Below, one piece after another: positions 1-12,875 of a stretch of 64,000 nt of DNA. Every line of letters begins with the position of its first letter. Position 1 is the stretch's first letter. The notes beneath the pieces are model-generated. The model was not told the origin of the DNA. It saw only the letters and a list, made by a program, of their open reading frames with translations, and searched no databases. Location of the stretch: the NCBI GenBank assembly GCA_030704615.1, contig CM060731.1, forward strand, positions 53,630,001 through 53,694,000, read 5' to 3'. This DNA is from Takakia lepidozioides (taxonomy: Eukaryota > Plantae > Bryophyta). The position numbers and the translations under genes are program-made.

Positions 1-58
1 ACGTGAGAGACGATACAACGTGGATGGAAAAATAAAAATAAAAATAAAAAATTTGCTG

Positions 59-385
59 CCTACGATGTTACCTCCATGCGCTACTCCCTCCCCTGTGCTG
101 ATGCTCGTAGCACATCGCGCAGGTGGGAGGTATGAGACTGCAGAATCAGGAAAACCAACCAAAAAATAAAAATAAAAATAAAAAATGTTTTCTACGATGC
201 TACCTCCCTGCGCTGCTCCCTCCCCCGTGCTGATGCTCGCAGCACATTGCGCAGGTGGGAGGTGCGAGACTACAGAACCAGGAAAAGCAACCCCAGAGAA
301 AAAAAAACAAAAAAAAAAAAAAAACCGTTGCTCCCTCCTTCACGCGCTGAGGCGCTGCTCCCTCCCCCACGCGCTGGTGCGTTGA
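59..385. repeat. ~130-bp tandem duplication with A-rich spacers (probable non-autonomous TE interior)
   Basis: ctacgatgttacctcc...gcaggtgggagg...ggaaaa occurs at ~60-165 and ~192-295; the ctccctcccc motif resembles the reverse complement of 2760-2825. Confidence 0.6.
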
Positions 386-393
386 TCCCTCTA

Positions 394-860
394 TGAAGCC
401 TCAAAACAAGCCTGAAGCATATACTCATTTCCTCTCAAGAAGCGAGGTTGCACAACAAAGGGGCGAGCGGAAAGAGAAAGCAACGCGCGAGAGGAGGATC
501 AAACACACGAATCAGGCACTAAGCAGCTCTCATCCAAAACTTGTACACCAAAATCACATATACACCAACACCCAAGTACACCGCCCTGACCTTGTGTCAG
601 GGTGCCGTCTTTATACAAAAAGCCCTAGTCGTAGTGGCTCGCCACGTGGCGAGGCATCACAGGCCAAAGCCCACGGCGCTGCCTTGTGGCCCTAGATCAG
701 ATGAAGGGCCAGGATGAGCCACCTACAGAAACTAACCCTAACCTAAATATCATTGTAACGGTTTAACGGCTTCATACGCCAAAAAAATATACTATGGATG
801 TGTATCATTGTTTTGGATGAAACGGGCTATTTTCCGGCTGAGCAAATATGGGGCTTTATG
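394..860 (-). mobile_element. LTR-like repeat, inverted copy of 2828-3270
   Basis: Reverse complement closely matches 2828-3270 (taaagccccatatttgctcagccgg...gcttcaggcttgtttt); ends ...GGCTTCA on the minus strand. Confidence 0.7.
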
Positions 861-1187
861 TGAAGCCTACCCCCCACGAAAAACCTGAGCTCCGCGAAGG
901 AAGACAAATAATTAGGAAAATATCACCCTCCGCTGCTGGGTGAAAAACCTACCAAGGGAAAACCTGGCACCTGCAAGTTGGGCCGAGGACAAAACCCCTG
1001 GCTAGGAAATCCGTGCAGGGAATACAAATGGTGAGATGTCATAAAAATATTTTAAGTCCTAGAGAGGTCAAGTCCGAGGACCCCAAGAGTCATCAGCCGC
1101 AAACTAAGACTAAGCCGCTGACTAAGACTAAGCCGCTGAGAAGAGAAGTGGAGTAAGCTGAAGTAGATCGCTAAGAAGATCAAGACA
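861..1187 (-). mobile_element. Probable 3' LTR or 3' region following the integrase
   Basis: On the minus strand it starts TGTCTT right after a purine run (agtggggtga) and ends GGCTTCA. Confidence 0.45.
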
Positions 1188-2274
1188 TCACCCCACTGTG
1201 CGCCCCTCCACATTGATACATGTGAGATCAAAAACTAGCTCGGAATGCACCAAGTCTGTCAAGGAAACAGGTCCATCCCGCACTTCAGTGTTAGAGCCTT
1301 GGGGAAGAAGAAGAGCACGTCGCCCACGTAAAATCTGATAGATCAAGTATGGACCGTCGATCTTGAGCTTAGATTTGCATGCATGCTTGCCATGCTGTAA
1401 TCGAACGCATACGGTCTGTCCCACCTGAAACAGGTTAGAATACTTGGCACGCTTATTAAAATTACGGGCCTGGGTTAGTTGAGCCTTACCAATGTTCGTC
1501 TTGGCATCATGGATAGACACCGCATGTCAAGCATGAAGATCCTCAACAAAGGTCTCAAGATCAACCGGATCAGCAACAGTAGATATAAGAGGGGTAGAAT
1601 GCAAAGGAGAAACACACTTGCGACCATACAGCAACTCAAAAGGAGTCTTCTTGGTGCTAGCATGCACGGCGGTGCAATAAGCAAAGAGAATAGGGGGAAG
1701 AAAGGTATCCCACTCCCTGGTAAGTGTGCCATTCTTCTCCAACATTCGGCAAAGAGTTTGGTTGAAGCGTTCCGCAAGGCCATTGGTCTGGGGCTGGTAT
1801 GGGGGGTGGTGGAATGCTTGACACCGAAGTTGAAGCAAACCACCGTAAAGAGCTGGTTACAAAGCTCCTTGCCCTGATCTGTTAGAGTATCTCCCGAGGA
1901 CACCCATGCCTCATAAGGATCTCATTGAAGAAGAACTGAGCTACAACATCACTAGCCTTTGAACGCAAAGACCGGACTTCTATCCACTTAGTCAAATAGT
2001 CGGTAGCAACACAAAGGTAGCTTCGACCTTTTGATGTGAGTGCGAGGGGTCCCACCAAGTCAATGCCAACACGAGCAAAAGCATGGGTGATAAGCAAAGG
2101 CAGCAGATCATACAAGATCCGGGCCCTAGGGAGAGCAATGTTAGCACGACAACCTTCACACCTAGAGATGAACTTGGTGACGTCTCGGTCTAGCGCCGTA
2201 GCTCTGCACTTGTCATACTTACCACGATTGCCGAGATCCACCTCATTGCATCCAAACCCAACACAAATGAACAT
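1188..2274 (-). pseudogene. Ty3/gypsy integrase, disrupted
   Basis: FARVGIDLVGPL, DYLTKWIE, GCPREIL-TDQG, YQPQTNGLAERFN and KIDGPY motifs spread over frameshifted ORFs. Confidence 0.9.
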
Positions 2275-2497
2275 TCATCTATCATTCAAACACAAGTCTA
2301 GCCAACTTCCACTAGATGGATGATAACTGTTTGTCATTAAGGAGGCAGGATCTACATCCGTATGGAAGGACGTCGAGTTGTCCAGCTCCTCATCCATGTG
2401 GTACTCCAAGGGTGTGTAACTGGAGAGAATAGGAAGATAATAGAAATAATGTAAGAACTTATTAATGCACGCGTGCAACCTCTGACAGGACGGTACC

Positions 2498-2656
2498 AGT
2501 GTTGTGCGGGTACCCGCTTAGGCGGGTTGGAACCGGGGGAGCAGGGACGAGCCGGTTCCAGAACCGGAACTGGCGGGTGTGGGTTTTTCTAGGAACCGGC
2601 TGGGAACTGGAACCGGGGGGTTATTGGCGGTTCCGGATCCGTTTCCCGCATTACGT

Positions 2657-2698
<42 letters not shown>

Positions 2699-2827
2699 CC
2701 GTGATCTGTCGTCTCTCACCTCCAATCAGCGCGATCTGCTGCAGTAGCGCGATTTCAGTGCGGGGGAGGGAGCAGCGCATAGCAGCACGGGGAGGAATGA
2801 GCAACGCGCCTCAGCGCGGGGGAGAGG
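2498..2827 (+). mobile_element. hAT-like/MITE terminal region
   Basis: Starts CAGTGTTGTG, followed by repeated GAACCGG/CCGGTTC subterminal motifs and a poly-T tract. Confidence 0.4.
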
Positions 2828-3290
2828 TGTAAAGCCCCATATTTGCTCAGCCGGAAAATAGCCCGTTTCATCCAAAACGGCGATACACATCCATAGTATA
2901 TTTTTTTGGCGTATGAAGCCGTTAAACCGTTACAATGATATTTAGGTTAGGGTTAGTTTCTGCAGGTGGCTCATCCTGGCCCTTCATCTGATCTAGGGCC
3001 ACAAGGCAGCCGCGGCTTTGGCCTGTGATGCCTCGCCACGCGCGACCACTACGACTAGGGCTTTTTGTATAAAGACGGCGCCCTGATACGAGGTCAGGGG
3101 TTTGGTGTATATGTGATTTTGAGTGTACAAGTTTGGTTGGCTGCTGCTGCTTAGTGCCTGATTTGTGTGTTTGATCCTCCTCTCGCGCGTTGCTTGCTCT
3201 TTCCACTTGCCCCCTTGTTGTGCAACCTCGCTTCTTGAGAAGAAAAGAGTATATGCTTCAGGCTTGTTTTATGGTGGAGAGAAGCCGGGT
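2828..3290 (+). mobile_element. 5' LTR with putative primer-binding site
   Basis: Starts TGTAAAG; followed by TGGTGGAGAGAAGCCGGGT (3272-3290), which resembles a tRNA-Ala-type PBS. Confidence 0.65.
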
Positions 3291-3480
3291 ACTCTAGGCG
3301 TGGTGGATCCTGCCCACACTGTCAGGATCAGTTAGGTCTTTTCGCGGGATCTGCTCTACATCCTGCTGCCTAAGTGGTTCGCTAATGCGTTATCGATGGC
3401 GGCTCCTCGCTTTGCCATATTTTCTCCTGCTGCTGCGATTTTGCCGTCTCACGATGTGCATTGGGGTGTGATTGTAGGGG

Positions 3481-4722
3481 ATGGTTGCCGTTCGTGACTT
3501 GTCTTGTGTAGCAGCTCGCAGAGAGGGGGAGAGCCTATTTCTTCAGATTAGTGTGGCACTTGCTATCGAAGCTAATCCTAGTGTAGAGGCTGACCCTGCT
3601 GCCACTTCTCATTCTGCTGGTGTTGTTATTGTTCCTCCTCCCGTTGTTTCTCACCCTGCTGACATTCTTGATGTTGCTAACACTACCAACGGCGCGCGGC
3701 CTGGCAGTATTGCCTTGCAGCGTCGCCACTTCCTGAGCCTGCTGCTTGCATTCCAGTCCTTGTTGTTTCATTGGGTTCTCCTGGTGGTAGTGATTATAAT
3801 AATATGGGGGAGGCAGAGGCGTGGTTGCCAAGGTTTGAGAAGTCTGATAGCTCTCTAGATAGCTATGACCCGGAATCCAGGCCCTGAATATTTTGAAAGT
3901 AGGCAGCAAACAACAGAGTTGGAGAGAGACATTGAGTTGTCGCAGGAAGTAGATGATCTGTTGGGTGAGATATGTGACGAAGATCAGCTTTGGTTTGAGC
4001 ATGTAGAGAGAGCTGTTGTAGGTGATCTTGCTGCACTAACCAGTCATCACGAGGCCCTGTTCACGCAACATTTGCTTGAGCCTGGTGCAGTGGTATCTAG
4101 AGCCAGATAGCTTGCTAAGCGCGAATTTGAGCTACGCAACGAAGAGCGTCTATCGTCCAAGACGATCAAGTCGCGTTTTTTGAACCATCGTGAATTGACC
4201 TGGTTGGAAGTTGGCTTGTATCTACCTCTTTCTGGTGTTCGAAGTGCAGAGCTTCATCATGGCCCTGGTGTGGTAGGGCAAAGTTGGTTGTCGTTGATGT
4301 TACAAGGCACGGGGGCTTTGATCTTGAGGGCACTACGGTTTCAGCTCCGGCCCTGCGCCTTGGCACCTACTTATTCACAGTTAATTGATGGTCTAACGGG
4401 TGGGGCCTTGATAGTACAGTCGTCTGATCTAGTGGTCTTGGGTGTGGGTACTACCTTTGCTTCACAGCGAGTGGTTCACCCGAGTGCGTTTGAGAGATTG
4501 AGTGATTGTTCAAACTCGACTGTGCTTTTGCGCACCTGGAGAAAAGGTGACACCACCCGCGTTGGTTTTTGGCTTAAAGGAGCTGATGGTTGGGAGTGGC
4601 TGGCATTGGGGATCTACGAGTCACAATCACATAAGGTGCTGAGGGTGGTGTATTGTTCCACTTGGGTTCCAGAAGACAGCTCGCTAAGTGCTCAGCCCAC
4701 GCTCCACATCCCTGCTGCTTAA
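3481..4722 (+). pseudogene. Retrotransposon-internal ORF of unknown function, interrupted by in-frame stops
   Basis: ORFs 3481-3858, 3865-4110 and 4180-4722 are in one frame, separated by TAG stops, just downstream of the LTR/PBS. Confidence 0.45.
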
Positions 4723-5752
4723 AGGTTGTGCCTCCAATCCAACCTCGTTTCTTGTATGTTAGGTGATTCTAGAACTACTTGGTTGAGATCTGGAAGATAG
4801 AGGTCCATGAATAATTCAGGAGAGCCGCTGGCCGAAAGTGTCGTAGAAGTGAATGAGGGATTGGACAACCTGCAGGCAGGTAATTTCATGGTGTGAGGGA
4901 CCATTGCTCACCTACAGCATACCGGTATAATTTCAAGTCAAACAGAAATGAGGGTCCCAACAGAAACCATCAACTACATTGGCATACACAAAATTCGAAA
5001 GTCCCATGTGAAGAGAAAGATTCTTACCAGATTAAGAAATGAAATCATGTTATCCCAAGTTGGTGATGGCACCCCCGAGTAACTCTTTCTCCGATTCTTC
5101 ATCATCGCCAGCCATCCCTCATTTACAATCTTGATCTGCCCTGCCAAGTCCGCACGGGAAGGGTGTGGCTTGGCATCGAATGGACATTGAACAGTGAGGG
5201 TGTACCTCCCAGCGGTCTCATCTTTCTCCTTGTCCTCACCTTTCTCCTTTTCCGTCTCTTTCTCCTTCGCCTTCTCCTTCCCCTTAGCCTTCTCCTTCTC
5301 TTTGTCCTTAGGCTTCCCAGGTGACTTGGCTACTACCTCCGGAACCTTTGGATCTTTCCCCTTTCGACCCGTCTTCCTGCCTTTCTGTGGAATTGCCTGC
5401 GCGTCTGGCTCCTTGGCGGCCAATGAAGCAATGTTCCTCTGGTACTCTTCGTCGTTCAAAGGTGCCAGCATCTCCGCATGGTTGTTCATATACTTCATTT
5501 GCTGCTCTTGAAATGTCGTGTGCTCTGGAGGGCAGTCGAGGTACCATCCACAGTCCCTGAAGTGGGCAGGACTCCAGTCCCTCAAGATACCAGCTGTGTA
5601 CATGGTGGATCGTTGGCAGGATCGGACCACATGTCCAGGTAATTTGGGATTCCACTCAGGTGTTTTCCTTCCATCAACACATATTTAGTGTACCTGCGGA
5701 GGCTCAAAATAACACCATCCCCCAAAACAAGATATCAGAAAGCAGAAGAAAG

Positions 5753-8700
5753 TGATGATCGGTGGCGATCATCACTTTCACATGAGAGAGAATGCAACAT
5801 GGGTTGGAAAATCCTTATGATTATGTAGATTGCACAAATGGGAAATGTGATGGTCGGAACCGACCATCACTTCATTCATCAGAAACAGACTGCCTATGAT
5901 AACAGAGGCAGGATTAAGGATGGAAACAAAGACATGATCAGCACTGACAACTGTTTGACTGGAGAATATCATAGCAGTGGATGTGATGATCGGTACCGAC
6001 CATCACCAAACTGCTGTGTAGCAGAAAAGAAATACAAAGCTTCTCTCAATGAGGCATGACAAAAGTTTAAAGAATGTGCTGGATAGGCATATGGCACTGC
6101 ACCTGTAAACAACACGCATCATCGCCCACTCCCCTCTAACTTGACTGTCGAAATCGTTCGACCTCAATATGTTGCCATCCTTGGAGAACTCTCGGAAGAA
6201 ACAGTACCGCCACGTGAGACCTTTCCACTTTCTAATGTACGCCTCCAAGGTCATCTATGGTGGTGAAACCATCGAAATATTCAAGTCCTTCAAATTCTGC
6301 TCCAGGACAAGAATGGCGCGTTTCTTCAGCTGCAATGGGAACATGTGTCAGAATTGCGCATGACAAAGCTATAGGATATTTCATATACAACAGGTACTTG
6401 AATACACAAATACCTGACTCCAAAATGTGGCCTTGTGAAGCCACTGATAAAAAACAATATCACTTATTCCCTCGACCTTGGTGCCAGGCTGGATTGTGTT
6501 TTTTGGGAACTGATTCAGATCCTTCACCGTCTGATCCGAGTTCCAAATCTCAAGCCATCTCACTTTTTTCTGGTTGTCAACCATAGAGAGAGCCAGCCTG
6601 TGCAATTTCTCTTGTTGCATCTCTGGATGTACATGCTTGTCGTAGTGGGATTTGATTTGGAGAAGGAACTCCTCCCCAAGTCCGGGATCCACTATTCTCA
6701 ATTGCTTCAGGAAGGCCGACATCAGCTTCGTTCTCCTTATCTCGTACTCCTTCTTTATGGCTGCTCCAACTCCTTTAGCAGTCCTCAACTCTTCTGCTGT
6801 AGTGCGGTAGTACTCAGATTTCCCCCTCTCAGCGCCCTCTGCCAGTTCTTGCTGCAAGTATCAACGATTGGATTAGCAGACATACAATTGCAAATTTGTA
6901 TGTAATAACATAGGAAGAAGTGGTCTGGGCCATACCGCATACATATACTCCAAAAATGCATCTCGGGTCAACGATTACCAGGTCCCTGCAGATCTTCCTA
7001 TTTCGCACTTCTTGATGACATCAGGATGTAGCACTGTGCGGAACTCATCAAGCTTCATCAAACCAATTCTCTGAATGCGGAATAGTGTGTGAACCAGGCT
7101 CGTAGTAACATGTGATTTCTCTGTTGATCTGCAAACAAGGAATACACATTGCATACGTAAGAAATATTTAACGTTTGGACTTGAAATGCACACAACATGC
7201 AATTTGAAAGGCTATGGGTTTCTGAGGAAGTCCTACTTGTTCACGTCATGCATAGCTGTCAAAAGTCTAGCGATGTCATTCCCAGGATCCAGAACCTTGC
7301 CTCCACAGCACAATGCTTGTCCTTGTCTTTTGAATGGTGTTTTGCAATGTACCCTATCCAAGCTAGCAAGCGATGGTTCCCGTCCCAGACATAGAATATG
7401 TGGTTGCAGAACTACTGGGTGTTATGTCCAAGCAGCAGAGAGTCTTCGAACTCGTCATTCACATCCTTCCAGCAATCATCCCAGTTGTCCGTAATCTCTG
7501 GGCTCACTTTTGTGCTGTGACCATTAGTATCCTTCAGTGAGACGTAAAAACTTGTGCACCCATTCTATACCCGTGCACGAAATCTGTTTCCAACTTGGTA
7601 ATGTCATGCGAAAGTAGAGGACAAACAACAGGCATGGAGATCATCCGGCAGAGAGGGATTTCAAGACGTCCTCCAGAGATGATCATGTCCCTAATAACCT
7701 CCTGGGAATTACCTTTTGATATGACATAAGTTGTTTCACCTTGTCAAGGTAGTGCAATTCAGGCTCGTCAGTGTCTTCGCTGTTCTCAGAACTCTTTGTG
7801 GAGTCGTCCCCTTCTCCAGAGCCCTTTGCATCTGTTTCTGCTTGCTTGGACTTTACATTCTTCTGCATACCCAAAACCGCCACAACAACAACATTCAACA
7901 AGTGTTCAGGTAAACAGACATTTTAACACAGTGACGATCGGTACCGACCATCACTTTGTCTTCTAACAAATGAATGGAAATCCTACTTGGTTTCCCAATG
8001 CACCTTGACTCCGTTCTCACTAGACTACGATGATCGGTGCCGACCATCAGGATGATGCAAGCGATGGTCGGTACCCCCCTGGTACCGCACATCACCACAA
8101 GACAGCATTGGGATGCAAACACCCACGAGGTCTAAATGTGATGGTCGGCACCGATCATCACTAGAAGTCAGAACCCATTCTATCACTCATTGAACTTGAT
8201 GTCCTCTTTTGGATTCTGGTGCATTGCCAATCTGTTCAAAAAGTGATGGTCGGTACCGATCATCACAATCAAACTACCTTGGGAAGCACAACCCATGAGG
8301 TCTAAATGTGATGGTCGGCACCGATCATCACTATAGTCAGAATCCCCTCTATCACACATTGAACTTGATGTCCTCTCTTGGATTTTGGTGCATTGCCAAT
8401 CTGTTCAAAAAGTGATGATCGGTACCGATCATCACAATCAAATTGCATTAGGAAGCGAACCCCATGACGTCTGAGTGTGATGGTCGGCACCGATCATCAC
8501 TCTTAGTCAGAATCCCTTCTTTCACCCACTGAACTTGGTCTCCTTTATGGATTATGGTGTATTGCCAAACCGTTCAAACAGTGATGGTCGGTACCGATCA
8601 TCACAATTAGACTGCCTTGGGAAGCACAACCCATGAGGTCTGGATGTGATGGTTGGCACCGATCATCACTTCACAACAGAATTCTGCATTTCATTGTATG

Positions 8701-9272
8701 AGATATAGAGCATAGAAATGGACTTGTAGGCGATGGTTGACACCGACCATCACTTTTCTGTTTCTCCAATTCCAAATATGAAGTTGAATGGACATTTCTC
8801 CACCTAAAGAATTTCATTGTACAAAGGCTTCCAGTGCGAGAAAGGATTTTGGGTTAACATGCAGTCATTGCCGAAAGTGATGATCGGTACCGACCATCAC
8901 TATTTAAGTGCCAAGGGATGCACAAACAATGGGAGCTGAATGTGATGGTCGGTACTGATCATCACTTTCCTGAACGACCACGCCATTTCTAAACTGTTCT
9001 GAACAAGAAGGGAATGGACCTCAAAGCGATGATCGTTACCGATCATCGCTTCGACGTCATTGCAAGATGCGTCTTTAGTTCCCTGTCACTCTTGAATCAC
9101 AATGAACATCGCATTCTTTGCTTAAATAAAGCAATGGCGAAGGTGATGGTCGGCACCGATCATCACTTTCGCCTTGATACATATTCTTTCCTGTCTGCTT
9201 ACTTTCTGAATCTGTTGAAATAAGACACCAACTACATTCTTCTGTAAAGCGATCATCGCCACCGATCATCGC
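5753..9272. repeat. Dispersed and arrayed 24-bp palindrome GTGATGRTCGGYACCGAYCATCAC (~19 copies)
   Basis: Copies near 5753, 5847, 5983, 7931, 8030, 8138, 8242, 8308, 8412, 8477, 8581, 8647, 8730, 8877, 8942, 9027, 9143, 9249. Confidence 0.95.
8105..8670. repeat. ~169-bp tandem repeat (~3.3 copies), two palindromes per unit
   Basis: Unit ...acccatgaggtctaaatgtgatggtcggcaccgatcatcac...tgttcaaaaagtgatg... repeated. Confidence 0.9.
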
Positions 9273-10599
9273 TTTTCTCACATCGGGGGCCTATCAGTAA
9301 AGAGGGAGAAGTGCGTTTGAGAGAACTTACGGATCCCTTCGCCTTCTTTGGCTTCGTGGCTGCATCGCTCAGATCGCCCTCTGCAGCTTTCCTCTTCCCT
9401 TTTTCATCAGTCTGAACATAAGAAAAAACAATGTATTGATCCCACATGGAATGGAAAACATCAAGACTAATGATAACAGTATTATGCGGATATTGAATGA
9501 TCACCATTTCTGTCTGATGTAGGGTTTGCTGACTTCCTCCCGGCATGGCGTCCACTGCTCCTCCTTCTGTTGTGTTGTCTTCGTGCATGAACTCGGCTGG
9601 CACTATTTGGTTACCTATGCTCACTGCTCCAACCGTCGCTGCGACTGCGGCGACCTCACTCTCACTTCCTACATGCTCTTCTGCTTGATCTGTCTCCAAG
9701 TTCACATGTTGCCTAAGCGCTGCACCATCTTGCATGAGACGCCTCGTCATTTGCTCTCTTGATCTCAGCCTCTCTCTAACCGATGTAAAATACAATGATT
9801 TCCTCCTCTTCCGAACCGAACAAGGAACCCTCTCCAGCTTGACTTCCTCTCTTCCTCTAAGAAACAAGAATGATGAGCAGACTCGCTTTCTTCCGGGGTC
9901 CCTTCGTTTTGGAAGTGTCCCTGGAACCGTTCGATTCCTTCTTGCGTGTACAATACTTGAACGTACGTGACAGTGAAAATAGCGTAACCTATTTGGGACA
10001 ATTGTTCCTTTGCGCGGTTGTTTTGGGTTCTTGGCGTGTGCAAACATAAATTTGACATGTGTCTTTTTTGTAACGGCTTCATTAATATCACCGTTGGACG
10101 TCATGGATGAGAATTCTCGAAGTACTTGCCATGAGGCCTACTTAGGATTTAACGGAATATGCGTACATGGAGTTCTGGGCCCAGGGATTGCATGATCTTG
10201 AAACCATCCACATGATCAGACATACTGGATATAGTCATGGCCTGACAAATGAACTAATTACTTCAATTCTCTTCCCATCATCCCTGCATGGGATCCTCAG
10301 GCTGTCTTCAAGGAAGTCGGCGGGTTTTTATTGTTTTGGGGAGACCCCCACAACTAGATGGATTATCTATCAGCATTGCTCAGAAGACAATACAGACTGC
10401 ATGTCACATACGTTAATTGGACGGTGACTTGTCAGGAACCGTCCCACATTGATTAGATGGAATATCATAATATGCACAATCTTCAAGGAACGGGTGCTTC
10501 CGCCTCATTTCATGTGCAACCAGTGTGTTGCATAGCTGAATCATCTGATTTCGCAAAGGAGCAGCTGAGGAAAGAGAACCCCCCGCTCGGGGACGTAAC

Positions 10600-10932
10600 A
10601 TGGCTTCCTCCGAAGCAAAGTTTTATTCTGACGACAAACTAGTGCCTTTCTTCAAAGAAGCACTTGACAATGGATTCGCGATTGTGATGGAACATGTCCT
10701 GGCTACCCGGTTTGAACTTTTGAATGGGTCCATCTTCTTGGAGAAAGAGGTGTATGATTTCGACGGGAAGTTGTTGAAATACTCCTTTCAAAATTGTGAT
10801 GAGACGGCTCATGTGAGCCACTGGAGAGTGCGCCCTGGTAGATACAGAGTACTTGGAGAGCCTCGGAGAAAGTCCCTTGGATCATATGTGACGCCCGGGA
10901 CTGCTGCTTCAGTCGTTGAAGACAAAAGGGAG
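10600..10932 (+). pseudogene. N-terminal part of the element A transposase, interrupted by element B
   Basis: NGFAIVMEHVLATRFELLNGSIFL matches QGFAIVTEQYLCVKFGLRPGTVFL at the start of the B transposase; joins in frame to 25931. Confidence 0.7.
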
Positions 10933-11008
10933 GGAGGTTTACTATTTCATGAGCCCATGAGCCCATGAGCCCATGAGCCTATGAGCCTATGAGCTCATGA
11001 GCGGGCAT
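10933..11008 (+). repeat. Left TIR of element B, with CATGAGC heptamer run
   Basis: (catgagcc)n then ctcatgagcgggcat; reverse complement of 25881-25923. Confidence 0.8.
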
Positions 11009-11443
11009 CCGCGGAATTGGAATTTTCGTGCCTTTATTGACGGTGTTATGTCCTCTTACCTCGGTAATAGGGTCTGTTTCTCCTGGTCCAGGATGCGGAA
11101 TGAGGTATTTCGGCGCCGTTATTCCACGTTACCACTGTAAAACATTGTGCAGAACAGGAAAGAGATACAAAAGTGTAGCCCTCACAAGCCATTGTGCTGA
11201 CAAGGTAATATATTCAGGGTCAGACGACAGTTGAACTTGCAAACCCCATTCAACTCAACATCAAGCCCACATTGATATGACGCTCGAAATAAAAACATCA
11301 GGCAACCACAAGTTTTTATTTTGTACAGCGACTACTCCGAGCTTCCATCATCAGAAATACCACTGCGGCATAAGAAACCTGTGGAACTACCATATCCCGG
11401 AGCATGTGCCCTCCAATCACCCTCCACAATGATCCTTACCGCG

Positions 11444-12070
11444 CTATGCTGCTGCGTTGACATTCACAACACGAACCACCGAGTCGTCGAACCACAGGTC
11501 CAGAATTAGGAGTGGTGCGGTACTCGTCCACTGCGCATTGCCATTTTCTGGATTAAGATGGCGAACATAAAGATACAAGATATCTATAGAGGTCACGTTC
11601 GTGAAAACATACAGATATTGGAGGCCTCCTATTGGGACCTCCTCCACAGCGTCGTGAAATTCGCAAACATCTAGGACAAACCTGTTCCGATTCTCCCTTA
11701 GTGTCAACAATATATTCCCTGGCCCAGAAGAGTGAGTGAGCAACTCAAGAGCCCTATCCGGGAGCAAATACTGTGGAGGTGCAGTATAGTTATGGTAGTA
11801 AGACCTCCAGAACTCGCCGCAGCAACATCTCATGATGAAGAGACGAACACTTTGTCTTCCAGGTCTATCTCGCACAACAAGTATCCACTGTTGTCCACTG
11901 GCAGGCCTCACCCAAAGAGAATCCCACAGAAGTGCTCGGAAACTCGTCACCCTGCGTGTACCTTCACTAAAGTCCAACTCCACCATAATGTCTCCCATCA
12001 CCGGCTCACGCAATCGCGATCCTCCAATCCCGCTCCGTCGAATGCAGAAGGCACTTACACAGGGCGGCAT
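11444..12070 (-). CDS. Element B cargo ORF of unknown function (paralog of 24388-24941)
   Basis: 208-aa ORF; DIMVELDF..RRVTSFRAL, GQQWILVVRD, RCCCGEFW align with DIVVFLDV..PRLVQLRAM, GSRWFLRIMD, RWNCCEW. Confidence 0.55.
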   Translation of the reverse strand: MPPCVSAFCIRRSGIGGSRLREPVMGDIMVELDFSEGTRRVTSFRALLWDSLWVRPASGQQWILVVRDRPGRQSVRLFIMRCCCGEFWRSYYHNYTAPPQYLLPDRALELLTHSSGPGNILLTLRENRNRFVLDVCEFHDAVEEVPIGGLQYLYVFTNVTSIDILYLYVRHLNPENGNAQWTSTAPLLILDLWFDDSVVRVVNVNAAA

Positions 12071-12347
12071 TGAGGAAGTGTGCGCCCACCGAGAATGGAG
12101 AGGGACAAGTAATCACTGTTGTTTTTAAACACGGAGATGCAAACATTGAAAACCCAATGCGGAAAACCTTCTCAGGTGATCTTCTCTGGGGCAACGGCAA
12201 TACGTGCCCCCATTGGCCAGCAACGGCTACCCACACAGGCGATCGAAAATGAGTGGGGCTAGAAGGGGCTCGACAGAGAAGGTGCCACGACATTACGGGA
12301 AGAAATTATGCTAAAACCACCACCGTCCTAAAACCACCGACCTTGGT

Positions 12348-12627
12348 ATTTCGGCGCCGAAATTCCCAAGAGCAGTGTGCTAAAGTGGTGTTTTGAAGAC
12401 ATCCACCGGGGTATTTCGGCGCCGAAATCTCCTCTTAAAATGTGATATAGTGTGGTATTTTATGGTGCAGAGCGGGCTATTTCGGCGCCGAAATACCCTA
12501 GTGGAATGTGCTGAAGTGCCTTGTGCTGAAGGCTTCCATCGTGATATTTTGGTGCAGTAATTCCTTCGTGGAATTTTATAAGGCCCATATTATGAAGGCG
12601 CACACTGGGCTATTTCGGCGCAGAAAT
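12348..12627. repeat. Array of five ATTTCGGCGCCGAAAT-type palindromes at ~66-bp period
   Basis: Copies start at 12348, 12413, 12479, 12546 (degenerate) and 12612. Confidence 0.9.
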
Positions 12628-12875
12628 TCCCAATAGGAATGTTAGAAACGACAGGGTTTTCATGGCTTCAAGTTCCCGGCTCGCTGGTGTGCATAAATTA
12701 CTTGTAGGGTTCTTTACTTAAGTTTGCGTCTCTTCTGCTTTTATTATACATTTAGGTTGCCGGAAGAAATGTAGGGAATCGGACATGCAGTCTGAACACA
12801 ATGATTTTTGAAATCGTCAATATTTTCATTAAGTGTTTCAGAACTGTACAACAAAAGGATCCAAATGAGACTTTG

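Larger units (their letters stand above)
4974..9750 (-). pseudogene. Multi-exon ParB/Srx-domain gene of element A (3' methyltransferase part missing)
   Basis: IFYVWDGNHRLLAW with DGNHR at 7370-7384. Exons match element B: SLVHTLFRIQRIG/HLAHTLYRVQEVG, VDPGLGEEFL/ADPSLGAEFL, EKLHRLALS/EKLHHIAVS, DCGWYLDCP/DCPWYVDLP. GT-AG introns; stops and frameshifts. Confidence 0.75.
4870..10932. mobile_element. Giant MULE-like element A, left segment (left end truncated)
   Basis: Contains a ParB-domain gene paralogous to that of element B, its own palindrome arrays, and the start of a transposase that continues at 25931; left boundary approximate. Confidence 0.75.
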
